From positions 1,020,001 to 1,052,000 of the forward strand of contig NZ_LN831039.1 of NCBI RefSeq assembly GCF_001457595.1: 32,000 nt of DNA. The letters run 5' to 3'. A program made the translations under genes and the position numbers. Shown piece by piece: positions 10,774 through 19,516 of this stretch (the stretch's first letter is position 1; every line of letters starts with the position of its first letter). The notes beneath the pieces were generated by a model, which was given only the letters and a program-made list of their open reading frames with translations, was not told the origin of the DNA and ran no database searches. This DNA is from Mycolicibacterium smegmatis. Its GTDB lineage: Bacteria > Actinomycetota > Actinomycetes > Mycobacteriales > Mycobacteriaceae.

Positions 10774-11634
10774 GTGAGCAATGCAATCGAACGAGTAGGT
10801 GTCGTCGGAGCCGGCCAGATGGGCAGCGGCATCGCCGAGGTGTCCGCCCGCGCGGGCGTCGACGTCCTGGTCTACGACACCACTGACGCCTTCGTGACGG
10901 CCGGGCGCAACCGCATCACGAAGTCGCTGGAGCGCGCCGTGAGCGCGGGCAAGGTCACCGAGCGTGAGAAGGACGAGGCGCTGGGCCGGCTGCGCTTCAC
11001 CACGAGCCTCGCCGACATGGCCGACCGTCAGCTGGTCATCGAGGCCGTGATCGAGGACGAGAACATCAAGGGCGAGATCTTCGCCGAACTCGACCGCGTG
11101 ATCACCGACCCCGACGCGGTGCTGGCGTCGAACACGTCGAGCATCCCGATCATGAAGATCGCGGCGTCCACCGAGAACCCCGAGCGCGTGCTGGGCCTGC
11201 ACTTCTTCAACCCGGTGCCCGTCCTGCCACTCGTCGAGTTGGTGTCCACACTCGTCACCTCCGAGGCGGCGGCCGACCGGGTCGAGCAGTTCGCCGGATC
11301 GGTGCTGGGCAAGCAGGTCGTGCGGTGCTCCGACCGGTCCGGCTTCGTGGTGAACTTCCTGCTCGTGCCGTACCTGCTCTCGGCAATCCGCATGGTCGAA
11401 GGTGGCGTCGCCACCATCGAGGACGTCGACAAGGCCGTGGTGGCCGGGTTGTCGCACCCGATGGGGCCGCTGCGCCTGTCCGATCTGGTAGGGCTCGACA
11501 CGCTGAAGCTGATCGCCGACAAGATGTTCGACGAGTTCAAGGAGCCCCTGTACGCGGCGCCGCCACTGCTGCTGCGCATGGTCGAGGCCGGCCAGCTCGG
11601 CAAGAAAACGGGCAAGGGCTTCTATACCTACTGA
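10774..11634 (+). CDS. fadB2: 3-hydroxybutyryl-CoA dehydrogenase
   Basis: 286 aa with a GTG start preceded by GAGGAGG. It has the NAD Rossmann motif VGVVGAGQMGSGIA. It lies downstream of icl, as Rv0468 does. Confidence 0.93.
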   Translation: MSNAIERVGVVGAGQMGSGIAEVSARAGVDVLVYDTTDAFVTAGRNRITKSLERAVSAGKVTEREKDEALGRLRFTTSLADMADRQLVIEAVIEDENIKGEIFAELDRVITDPDAVLASNTSSIPIMKIAASTENPERVLGLHFFNPVPVLPLVELVSTLVTSEAAADRVEQFAGSVLGKQVVRCSDRSGFVVNFLLVPYLLSAIRMVEGGVATIEDVDKAVVAGLSHPMGPLRLSDLVGLDTLKLIADKMFDEFKEPLYAAPPLLLRMVEAGQLGKKTGKGFYTY

Positions 11635-11675
11635 TCAGCTGCTGATTACGCGGGGGCGGGCCAAGCTGGCACTGA

Positions 11676-12671
<996 letters not shown>

Positions 12672-12681
12672 GTTTTTCCGT

Positions 12682-12744
12682 CGCCGAGGCTACGGTTTTT
12701 CGCGTGATTCTCACGAATTCGCGCGAACAACCGTAGCCTCGGCG
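12682..12744. terminator. 16-bp perfect inverted repeat between the convergent umaA and DUF559 genes (hairpin 1)
   Basis: CGCCGAGGCTACGGTT (12682-12697) pairs with AACCGTAGCCTCGGCG (12729-12744) around a 31-nt loop. The right arm lies within the last codons of the DUF559 ORF. Confidence 0.55.
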
Positions 12745-13583
12745 CATTCGAGGGCATCGCGGACACGGGCGATCACCGCCGGCGTCCGGTACCGCAGGTG
12801 TTCGTGGCTCACCCGGATGATCGTCCAGCCCGACGCGGCCAGGAATTCCAGCCGATCGATATCGGATGCGTGGGCGGCAGGGTCCTGCCAGTGGTGCGCT
12901 CCGTCGTACTCCGCGCCGACCATGCGATCCGGCCACCCCATGTCGATGCGACGCCGCACGCGACCCCGCTCGTCGAGCACCGGTATCTGAGTGACCGGGC
13001 GCGGCAGACCGGCTCTCACCAGCACCAACCGCAGCCGGGTCTCCTGCGGTGACTCCGCACCGGGATCGACCAGATCCAGTGTGGTGCGCAACCTGCGGAT
13101 GCCGCGTGCTCCGCGATACCGCTCGGCGACCGACATCACCTCGGCGACATCGGTTTTGGTGGCATTGAGCAGGGCGTCGAGGCGGATCACCCCGGTCTCG
13201 ACCGGTAGCCGACGGCCGAGGTCATAGGCCGTGCGTGCGGGTGTGGTGCAGTCCATGCCGCCGACCCTGCAGATCTCGTCGTCGGCGATGACGCCGGTGT
13301 GGATCCGGATCCCGGCAGGGGAGGGGTGGCGGACGCGGGCGAGTTCGGCAGGCGCGTCGTCCGGTAGCCACCTGCTGCCGAGCATCGCCGCGGCGGAGTA
13401 TCCGGCCAGCGTCGCGGTCCGGCCCGACCACAGCCATGCGGCCCTCGCGCGGCTACGGGCATCGAGGCTGAAATCGCGCGGTACATAGACATTTCGGTGC
13501 AGCTTGCGGTAACTGGTCTGCAGCGCGTACCGGGTGAGCACCCCGCTCGACAGTGCCTCGCTCCCCACGATGATGTCCCCCAT
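12711..13583 (-). CDS. DUF559 (Vsr-like endonuclease fold) protein with AbiEi-N-like N-terminal region; orphan
   Basis: 290 aa. The C-terminal block ESPQETRLRLVLVRAGLPRPVTQIPVLDERGRVRRRIDMGWPDRMVGAEYDGAHH...RLEFLAASGWTIIRV matches the DUF559 pattern. The N-terminus (GVLTRYAL...YRKLHRNVYVP) resembles the AbiEi-type wHTH. This assignment comes from motif recognition only. Confidence 0.7.
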   Translation of the reverse strand: MGDIIVGSEALSSGVLTRYALQTSYRKLHRNVYVPRDFSLDARSRARAAWLWSGRTATLAGYSAAAMLGSRWLPDDAPAELARVRHPSPAGIRIHTGVIADDEICRVGGMDCTTPARTAYDLGRRLPVETGVIRLDALLNATKTDVAEVMSVAERYRGARGIRRLRTTLDLVDPGAESPQETRLRLVLVRAGLPRPVTQIPVLDERGRVRRRIDMGWPDRMVGAEYDGAHHWQDPAAHASDIDRLEFLAASGWTIIRVSHEHLRYRTPAVIARVRDALECAEATVVRANS

Positions 13584-13623
13584 GCCGGTATTCGACGCGC
13601 GCGGGGGCCATCCGGTTCCATGC

Positions 13624-13689
13624 TCGCCGACGCTACGGTTGTTGACGAGAAAACGGGGGATTCAGCGCAAGAAAGCGTAGTGTCGGCGA
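13624..13689 (-). terminator. 14-bp stem hairpin downstream of PPK2 and upstream of DUF559 (hairpin 2), a paralog of hairpin 1
   Basis: TCGCCGACGCTACG (13624-13637) pairs with CGTAGTGTCGGCGA (13676-13689), including one G-T pair, around a 38-nt loop. The arm sequence is nearly the same as in hairpin 1. Confidence 0.5.
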
Positions 13690-13692
13690 AAC

Positions 13693-14580
13693 TCAAGCCT
13701 CAAAAAGCCTGCGCTTCTCGGCCTCGACATCGAAATCCGGTGGCGGCCAGGACATGTTGAGGCGCTTGAGCGCTTCGATGAGCAGTTCGGTGATGGCCAG
13801 CCTGCTGTACCACTTCCGGTTGCACGGCACGATGTGCCACGGCGCGTGATCGGTCGAGGTCTTCTCCAGCATGGCCTGATAGGCCTCCTGGTACTTGGGC
13901 CACAGCAGGCGTTCGTCGATGTCGGCCGGGTTGTACTTCCAGTACTTGTCGGGACGTTCGAGGCGTTCGGCGAGGCGATTCTTCTGTTCGGCCAGCGACA
14001 CGAACATCGCGACCTTCACCAGGGTGGTGCCTGCGTCGACGAGTTCGCGCTCGAACTCGTTGATCTCGTCGTAGCGGGCGCTCCACACCTCGGGCGGTAC
14101 CAGGTTGTGGACGCGGACGATGAGCACATCCTCGTAGTGCGAGCGGTCGAACACACCGATGTGGCCCGCGGGCGGCAACGCGTTGCGGATTCGCCACAGG
14201 TAGTGGTGGGCGCGTTCCTCCTCGGTCGGCTTGCCGAAGCTCGTGTACCGGACGCCCTGCGGATTTGCCGCGCCCACAACATGTTTGACGATGCCGCCCT
14301 TGCCTGCGGTGTCCATGCCCTGCAGGATCAGGAGCACCGAGCGGTTGTCGTCACCGGCCTTGGAACGCGCGTAGAGCATCTCCTGCAGCGACGCCAGGCG
14401 CAGGTTGCGCTCGACCTGCAATGTCGCGGCGTCGGACTTCGAACCGCGAAAGCCCGGCGTGCCATCGGTTTTGATGCGGCTGACCTGGTCGCCCTGGCGG
14501 AAGGCCAAGTGTTGGTGGGGTTCATGGGTCCACAGCGTGGGCAGGTCCCCGGCGAGGTCATCGTCGTCGAAATCGGACAT
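13693..14580 (-). CDS. polyphosphate kinase 2 family protein (polyphosphate:nucleotide phosphotransferase)
   Basis: It has the Walker A motif LQGMDTAGKGG and PPK2 blocks (FDRSHYEDVLIVRVH, WHIVPCNRKWYSR). The track ORF starts at TTG 14592. I prefer ATG 14580 (MSDFDDDD...), which lies 4 nt after the TetR stop. Confidence 0.88.
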   Translation of the reverse strand: MSDFDDDDLAGDLPTLWTHEPHQHLAFRQGDQVSRIKTDGTPGFRGSKSDAATLQVERNLRLASLQEMLYARSKAGDDNRSVLLILQGMDTAGKGGIVKHVVGAANPQGVRYTSFGKPTEEERAHHYLWRIRNALPPAGHIGVFDRSHYEDVLIVRVHNLVPPEVWSARYDEINEFERELVDAGTTLVKVAMFVSLAEQKNRLAERLERPDKYWKYNPADIDERLLWPKYQEAYQAMLEKTSTDHAPWHIVPCNRKWYSRLAITELLIEALKRLNMSWPPPDFDVEAEKRRLFEA

Positions 14581-14584
14581 CCGG

Positions 14585-15289
14585 TCAGTCAAGCAGGTGA
14601 CGCGGCGGAATCGGCGATGGATGCGGCTGCGAGTTGAACTTCTCCAGCGATCCGCCGACCTCGACGATGCCGCACAGCGCGTACCACGACAGCATGGTCA
14701 GGTAGTCGATCAGCTCGTCGGAGGTCATCCGCGGGTTCGACATCCACGAGTGCGTGGCGAGCTGGACACCGCCGACGGTGTGGAACGCCCAGGCCTCGAC
14801 ACCGCCGGTGTCCATGCCGACCTCGGCCATGCGGCGGCGCAGCATCACCGCGAGCATGCGCGCGATGATCTGCTCGGAATCGGCGACGGCCTTGCTCTTG
14901 CTCGCGGAGTTGTTGGCCATCACGAACCGGTACGGTTCGGGCTCGGCGGCGACGGTCTCGACGTAGACGCGGATGATCTCGCGTGTGAGAGCGAACCCGT
15001 CGAGGTTCGACGACAGCGCGGCCGCCATGTTGGGGATCAGCGTGGTCTGCGCGAACCGCATCATCACCGCGGTGGTGAGATCGTTCTTGTCCACGAAGTA
15101 GCGATACAGCACGGTCTTGGACACGCCGATCTCAGCGGCGATCTCGTCCATGCTGACGTTGCTGCCCCGGCGGCGGATGGCTTCGAGGGTGCCGTCCACC
15201 AATTCATTACGACGCTCCACCTTGTGTTGGTGCCAGCGCCGTTTGCGTCCATCGGTCTTCACCGTCGCCGGTGGAGTCTGCTGTGCCAC
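14585..15289 (-). CDS. TetR family transcriptional regulator
   Basis: 234 aa. The HTH is SMDEIAAEIGVSKTVLYRYF. It has the same length and position as Rv0472c (from memory) and is divergent from the DUF445 gene. Confidence 0.9.
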   Translation of the reverse strand: MAQQTPPATVKTDGRKRRWHQHKVERRNELVDGTLEAIRRRGSNVSMDEIAAEIGVSKTVLYRYFVDKNDLTTAVMMRFAQTTLIPNMAAALSSNLDGFALTREIIRVYVETVAAEPEPYRFVMANNSASKSKAVADSEQIIARMLAVMLRRRMAEVGMDTGGVEAWAFHTVGGVQLATHSWMSNPRMTSDELIDYLTMLSWYALCGIVEVGGSLEKFNSQPHPSPIPPRHLLD

Positions 15290-15378
15290 TTTCGCAGTAG
15301 TTTCCGTTCCCTAGGTCACCTCGATACTACGGCGATTCGCCAGGATTCGGCTCACGGGTTGACGGGGATGTTGGCGCG

Positions 15379-16725
15379 GTGGCGGATGATGGAAATGTGG
15401 CTCATCGAATGGATGCGGATCAGCACGCGTTGCCCGCCGCACGGCCGAGCTTCGCCGAGACCCTCGCCGGTGCCGATACGGCGGCAGACGCCGAGCGCAG
15501 GCGGGGTTTACGGCGGATGAAGGTGGTGGCGCTGAGTTTCCTGGTCGGCGCCACCGTCATTTTTCTGCTGTGCACGTGGGCGCAATCCCACGGTGCCGCG
15601 CCGTGGGTGGGCTACGTGCGGGCGGCAGCCGAGGCCGGCATGGTCGGCGCGCTTGCTGACTGGTTTGCCGTCACGGCATTGTTCAAGCACCCGCTGGGGT
15701 TGCCCATCCCGCACACCGCGATCATCAAGCGTAAGAAAGATCAACTCGGCGAGGGGCTGGGAACCTTCGTCCGCGAGAACTTCATGTCCCCGGATGTGGT
15801 GGCCGCCAAACTGCGTGACGCGCAGGTGGCCGGCCGGGTGGGCAAGTGGCTGTCCGATCCGGCGCACGCCGAGCGGGTGGCCGCCGAGACCGCGACCGTG
15901 CTGCGCGTCGGGGTGGAGATGCTGCGCGACGAGGACGTGCAGCATGTGCTCGACCGCATGATCGTCAAACGCATCGCCGAGCCGCAGTGGGGCCCGCCGA
16001 TCGGACGGGTGCTGGCGTCGCTGCTCGCCGAGGGCCGCCAGGAGGCGCTCATCCAGCTGTTGTGCGACCGGGCCTTCCAGTGGTCGCTCAACGCGGGTGA
16101 GGTGATCGAGCGGGTCATCGAACGCGATTCACCGACCTGGTCGCCGCGCTGGGTCGACCACCTCGTCGGAGACCGGATCCACCGCGAGCTGATGGATTTC
16201 ACCGACAAGGTGCGGCGCAATCCCGATCACGAACTGCGCCGCTCTGCGACGCGGTTCATGTTCGAGTTCGCCGACGATCTGCAGAACGACCCGGCGACCA
16301 TCCAACGCGCCGAGAACGTCAAGGAACAGATCATGGCGCGCGACGAGGTCGCCAGGGCGGCCGAGACGGCGTGGACCGCAGCAAAGCGCATCGTGCTGGA
16401 GTCGGTCGACGATCCGTCGTCGGCGTTGCGCACCCGCATCGCCGATTCGGTGGTGCGCATCGGTGAATCGATGCGCGACGACGCCGAACTGCGCGACAAG
16501 GTGGACAACTGGATCATCCGCGCCGCGCAGCATCTGGTGACCGAATACGGCGTGGAGATCACCGCGATCATCACCGAGACCATCGAGCGCTGGGACGCCG
16601 ACGAGGCCAGCCGGCGCATCGAACTCCACGTGGGACGCGATCTGCAATTCATCCGCATCAACGGCACCGTGGTCGGTGCGCTCGCGGGCCTGGTGATCTA
16701 CTCGGTAGCCCAGCTGCTCTTCTGA
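15379..16725 (+). CDS. DUF445 family membrane protein
   Basis: 448 aa. It has an N-terminal TM region (VVALSFLVGATVIFLLC), the FKHPLGLPIPHTAII motif and a C-terminal TM region (INGTVVGALAGLVIYSV). It sits at the Rv0473 position. The start is ambiguous: GTG 15379, GTG 15397 or ATG 15409. Confidence 0.8.
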   Translation: MADDGNVAHRMDADQHALPAARPSFAETLAGADTAADAERRRGLRRMKVVALSFLVGATVIFLLCTWAQSHGAAPWVGYVRAAAEAGMVGALADWFAVTALFKHPLGLPIPHTAIIKRKKDQLGEGLGTFVRENFMSPDVVAAKLRDAQVAGRVGKWLSDPAHAERVAAETATVLRVGVEMLRDEDVQHVLDRMIVKRIAEPQWGPPIGRVLASLLAEGRQEALIQLLCDRAFQWSLNAGEVIERVIERDSPTWSPRWVDHLVGDRIHRELMDFTDKVRRNPDHELRRSATRFMFEFADDLQNDPATIQRAENVKEQIMARDEVARAAETAWTAAKRIVLESVDDPSSALRTRIADSVVRIGESMRDDAELRDKVDNWIIRAAQHLVTEYGVEITAIITETIERWDADEASRRIELHVGRDLQFIRINGTVVGALAGLVIYSVAQLLF

Positions 16726-16730
16726 CCTGC

Positions 16731-16759
16731 GCTAACTAGTGCTTGCAAAAGTTAGCACT
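16731..16759. promoter_or_regulatory. composite palindrome upstream of the XRE regulator gene
   Basis: GCTAACT (16731-16737) pairs with AGTTAGC (16750-16756), and AGTGCT (16738-16743) pairs with AGCACT (16754-16759). These surround CTTGCAAAAG. The site lies 54-82 nt before the ATG at 16813. Confidence 0.4.
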
Positions 16760-16812
16760 CGCACGTAGCCTGTATTCGTCGACATCGGATACCGAGCTAT
16801 GAGGGGGCTTCA

Positions 16813-17241
16813 ATGGCGCAGGATGAGAATCTCGCGGCAGTGGTCTCCAACGCTGCGCAGGACATCGGCAGCTTCATCCGGGCTCAGCGCGAAGCGGCGC
16901 AGGTATCGGTGCGTCAGCTGGCCGAGAAGGCCGGTGTGAGCAATCCCTACCTCAGCCAGATCGAGCGGGGATTGCGGAAACCTTCCGCCGACGTGCTCAA
17001 CCAGATCGCGAAGGCGCTGCGGGTGTCCGCGGAAGTGCTCTACGTCCGCGCCGGGATCCTGGAACCCAGCGAACCCAGCGAGGTCCGCGACGCCATCGTC
17101 AACGACGTGAGCATCACCGAGCGCCAGAAGCAGGTGCTGCTCGACATCTACACGTCGTTTCGCCAGCAGAACGAAGCCGCGGGTGAGCCCGAAGGTCCCG
17201 CGGCGATTCCCTCACCAGATGAGGAGCCGGCTACTGACTGA
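16813..17241 (+). CDS. XRE-family helix-turn-helix transcriptional regulator
   Basis: 142 aa. The HTH is SVRQLAEKAGVSNPYLSQIERG, and GAGGGGG precedes the ATG. It sits at the Rv0474 position. Confidence 0.85.
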   Translation: MAQDENLAAVVSNAAQDIGSFIRAQREAAQVSVRQLAEKAGVSNPYLSQIERGLRKPSADVLNQIAKALRVSAEVLYVRAGILEPSEPSEVRDAIVNDVSITERQKQVLLDIYTSFRQQNEAAGEPEGPAAIPSPDEEPATD

Positions 17242-17318
17242 CACCGACCGAAACATGCACACACAACTGACAACTGCGGGACATCCCGCACACACAGTCC
17301 GCAGAAAGGAACAACGAC

Positions 17319-18017
17319 ATGGCTGACAACACCCAACCCACCGTAGAAGAGCTCAAGGCTCCGCTGCTCGCCGCCGTCGGCGCCGCGGATCTGGCGCTGG
17401 CCACGGTCAACGAGATCATCGCGACCCTGCTCGAGCGTGCCGGGGAGGCCCGCAGCGACGCCGAGGCCCGCGTCGAGGAGAGCCGCGCGCGCCTGACCAA
17501 GCTGCAGGAGGAGCTGCCCAGCCAGTTCGGTGAGCTGCGCGAGAAGCTGAACTCGGAGGAACTGCGCAAGAAGCTGAACTCCGAAGAGCTGCGCAAGGCC
17601 GCCGAGAGCTACGCCGACCAGGCCACCGCGACCTACAACAAGCTCGTCGAGCGTGGCGAGGCGGCGCTGGAGCGCCTGCGCAATCAGCCTGCGCTCGAAG
17701 AGGCCGCTACCCGCGTCGAGACCTACACCGACCAGGCCGTCGAGCTGACCCAGGAGGCCCTGGGCACCGTGGCGTCGCAGACCCGCGCGGTCGGCGAGCG
17801 TGCCGCCAAGCTGGTGGGCGTCGAACTGCCGAAGCGTGCCGAGGCCGCGGCCGAGACCGCTTCGGAGGCTGCCGCCGAGACCGCCGAGCCGGTCAAGAAG
17901 GCTGCCGCCCCGGCCGCCAAGAAGGCCGCCCCCGCCAAGAAGGCCGCCCCCGCCAAGAAGGCTGCTCCGGCCAAGAGCGCGGCCAAGGCCCCGGCCAAGA
18001 AGGTCACCCAGAAGTAG
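17319..18017 (+). CDS. hbhA: heparin-binding hemagglutinin (HbhA) adhesin
   Basis: 232 aa. The N-terminal coiled coil ([21 protein letters not shown]...) and core ([30 protein letters not shown]) closely match Mtb HbhA as I remember it. The C-terminal tail is Lys/Ala/Pro-rich. Confidence 0.92.
   Translation: MADNTQPTVEELKAPLLAAVGAADLALATVNEIIATLLERAGEARSDAEARVEESRARLTKLQEELPSQFGELREKLNSEELRKKLNSEELRKAAESYADQATATYNKLVERGEAALERLRNQPALEEAATRVETYTDQAVELTQEALGTVASQTRAVGERAAKLVGVELPKRAEAAAETASEAAAETAEPVKKAAAPAAKKAAPAKKAAPAKKAAPAKSAAKAPAKKVTQK
17544..17597 (+). repeat. 27-bp tandem duplication inside hbhA (KLNSEELRK x2)
   Basis: Copy 1 (17544-17570) is AAGCTGAACTCGGAGGAACTGCGCAAG. Copy 2 (17571-17597) is AAGCTGAACTCCGAAGAGCTGCGCAAG. 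The three differences are all synonymous third positions. Confidence 0.9.
17916..17969 (+). repeat. 18-bp x3 tandem repeat encoding AKKAAP units of the HbhA Lys-rich tail
   Basis: GCCAAGAAGGCCGCCCCC occurs twice, followed by GCCAAGAAGGCTGCTCCG. Further degenerate K/A/P units follow. Confidence 0.85.
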
Positions 18018-18093
18018 TTCGCCGAAACGCGACGCGAGGGGGATGTACAGACGTCATTCGACGTTGACGATGGCGCCCGCATAGGCTGGTGAG

Positions 18094-18378
18094 GTGATAC
18101 TTGCCGACCTTGCGGGCGTCATTATTTTGGTACTCGTCGCCCTGGTGTTCTTTGTGGGCGTCTATGCCTTGGTGCATGCGGCCATGCAACGCCCGGACGC
18201 CTACACGGCGACCGGCAAACTGACCAAGCCCGTGTGGCTGATCATCCTCGGTGTCGGACTGCTCCTGCTGCTGTTGCTGCGTGACGCGTTCGGTGCCGCG
18301 ATCTCGGCCTGCGCCACGGGCGTGTACCTGGTGGACGTCCGGCCGAAATTGCTTGAGATCCAAGGAAAGTCGCGCTGA
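18094..18378 (+). CDS. DUF2516 family small membrane protein
   Basis: 94 aa with a GTG start. It has two hydrophobic helices flanking [21 protein letters not shown]. It sits at the Rv0476 position. Confidence 0.7.
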   Translation: MILADLAGVIILVLVALVFFVGVYALVHAAMQRPDAYTATGKLTKPVWLIILGVGLLLLLLLRDAFGAAISACATGVYLVDVRPKLLEIQGKSR

Positions 18379-18382
18379 GTAG

Positions 18383-18796
18383 ATGCGACTTTCGTTCGCC
18401 GCGCCTGCCGTGGCAAGTGTTGTGCTGACGGCTGCGCTCGCATGGGTGCCGACGGCTCACGCCGAGGACTCGACGCCGTACGTCGACCACGTCGAATGGG
18501 CCAAATGGGGCGACCTGTCGAGCCTGCGCGTGTACCCCACGGCGTCGGCGCGCGAGCTGTCGCGCCAACCGGGCGGCGCCGCGCTGGCCGACGAGGCGTG
18601 GCGGCAGGTGCTGGCGCTCTCACCGGACGCCGACATCGCCGGCATGCGAGAACAGTTCGTGTGCCACTGGACGTTCGCCGAACTCGTCGAGCCGGGGAAG
18701 ACCAGCTGGAACCTGGAGCCGTGGCGACCCGAGGTCTCGCCGGAAGAGATGGCCGCGACCGGGTGCAATCCGGGCGGCACCGAGGAGCCTTTCTGA
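18383..18796 (+). CDS. DUF2599 family secreted protein
   Basis: 137 aa with a signal peptide ending in AHA. The [26 protein letters not shown] block is present. It starts 4 nt after the previous stop and sits at the Rv0477 position. Confidence 0.7.
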   Translation: MRLSFAAPAVASVVLTAALAWVPTAHAEDSTPYVDHVEWAKWGDLSSLRVYPTASARELSRQPGGAALADEAWRQVLALSPDADIAGMREQFVCHWTFAELVEPGKTSWNLEPWRPEVSPEEMAATGCNPGGTEEPF

Positions 18797-19479
18797 TGAC
18801 CGACTACACGCGCGCGCAGGTCGCTGCGCTCGTCGACCACACCCTGCTCAAGCCGGAGGCGACGCCGTCCGACGTCACAGCCCTCGTCGACGAGGCGGCT
18901 GACCTGGGAGTCTTCGCGGTCTGCGTATCACCGCCGCTGGTGTCGGTCGCCGCAGGCGTCGCGCCGTCGGGCCTGGCGATCGCCGCGGTGGCCGGCTTCC
19001 CGTCCGGTAAGCACGTGCCCGGCATCAAGGCGACCGAGGCCGAACTCGCGGTCGCGGCGGGCGCCGCCGAGATCGACATGGTGATCGACGTCGGTGCTGC
19101 GCTCGCCGGGGATCTGGACGCCGTGTCCGCCGACATCACCGCGGTCCGCAAGGCCGTGCGCGCGGCGACGCTCAAGGTCATCGTCGAGTCGGCGGCGCTC
19201 CTGGAGTTCTCGGGAGAACCGCTGCTCGCCGACGTGTGCCGGGTCGCGCGCGACGCGGGAGCCGACTTCGTGAAGACCTCCACGGGTTTCCATCCGTCCG
19301 GCGGCGCGTCGGTGCAGGCGGTCGAGATCATGGCGCGCACCGTCGGCGAGCGCCTCGGGGTCAAGGCCAGCGGCGGGATCCGCACCGCCGAGCAGGCCGC
19401 GGCCATGCTCGACGCGGGAGCCACCCGGCTGGGCCTGTCCGGCTCACGCGCGGTGCTCGACGGGTTCGGCTCGGCCTGA
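18796..19479 (+). CDS. deoC: deoxyribose-phosphate aldolase
   Basis: This is the frame of track ORF 18442..19479. The homology starts at ATG 18796 ([23 protein letters not shown]), which overlaps the upstream stop (TGATG). The Schiff-base Lys lies in DFVKTSTGF. The product is 227 aa. Confidence 0.9.
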   Translation: MTDYTRAQVAALVDHTLLKPEATPSDVTALVDEAADLGVFAVCVSPPLVSVAAGVAPSGLAIAAVAGFPSGKHVPGIKATEAELAVAAGAAEIDMVIDVGAALAGDLDAVSADITAVRKAVRAATLKVIVESAALLEFSGEPLLADVCRVARDAGADFVKTSTGFHPSGGASVQAVEIMARTVGERLGVKASGGIRTAEQAAAMLDAGATRLGLSGSRAVLDGFGSA

Positions 19480-19516
19480 GCGTCGGCCCGGCCTGTCGGC
19501 CGGTCAGACCGAAAGG

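Noticed and set aside
9189-10832. 547 aa minus-strand ORF antisense to icl
   Set aside because: It is a shadow ORF opposite an unmistakable isocitrate lyase. It also spans the icl promoter and terminator, which a real gene would be unlikely to do.
12711-13583. AbiE-type (type IV) toxin-antitoxin system
   Set aside because: The N-terminus looks AbiEi-like, but there is no adjacent AbiEii nucleotidyltransferase or any other small partner ORF. The C-terminus is a DUF559 endonuclease-fold domain, so a TA call is not supported.
18442-18795. Upstream extension of the deoC ORF (track ORF 18442..19479). Similar extensions occur at 11685-11798 (umaA-like), 4958-5065 (small membrane protein) and 8203-8259 (thioesterase).
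   Set aside because: The extensions are Arg/Gly/Pro-rich and overlap better-supported upstream genes or promoter regions. Family homology starts at the internal start codons used in the feature table.
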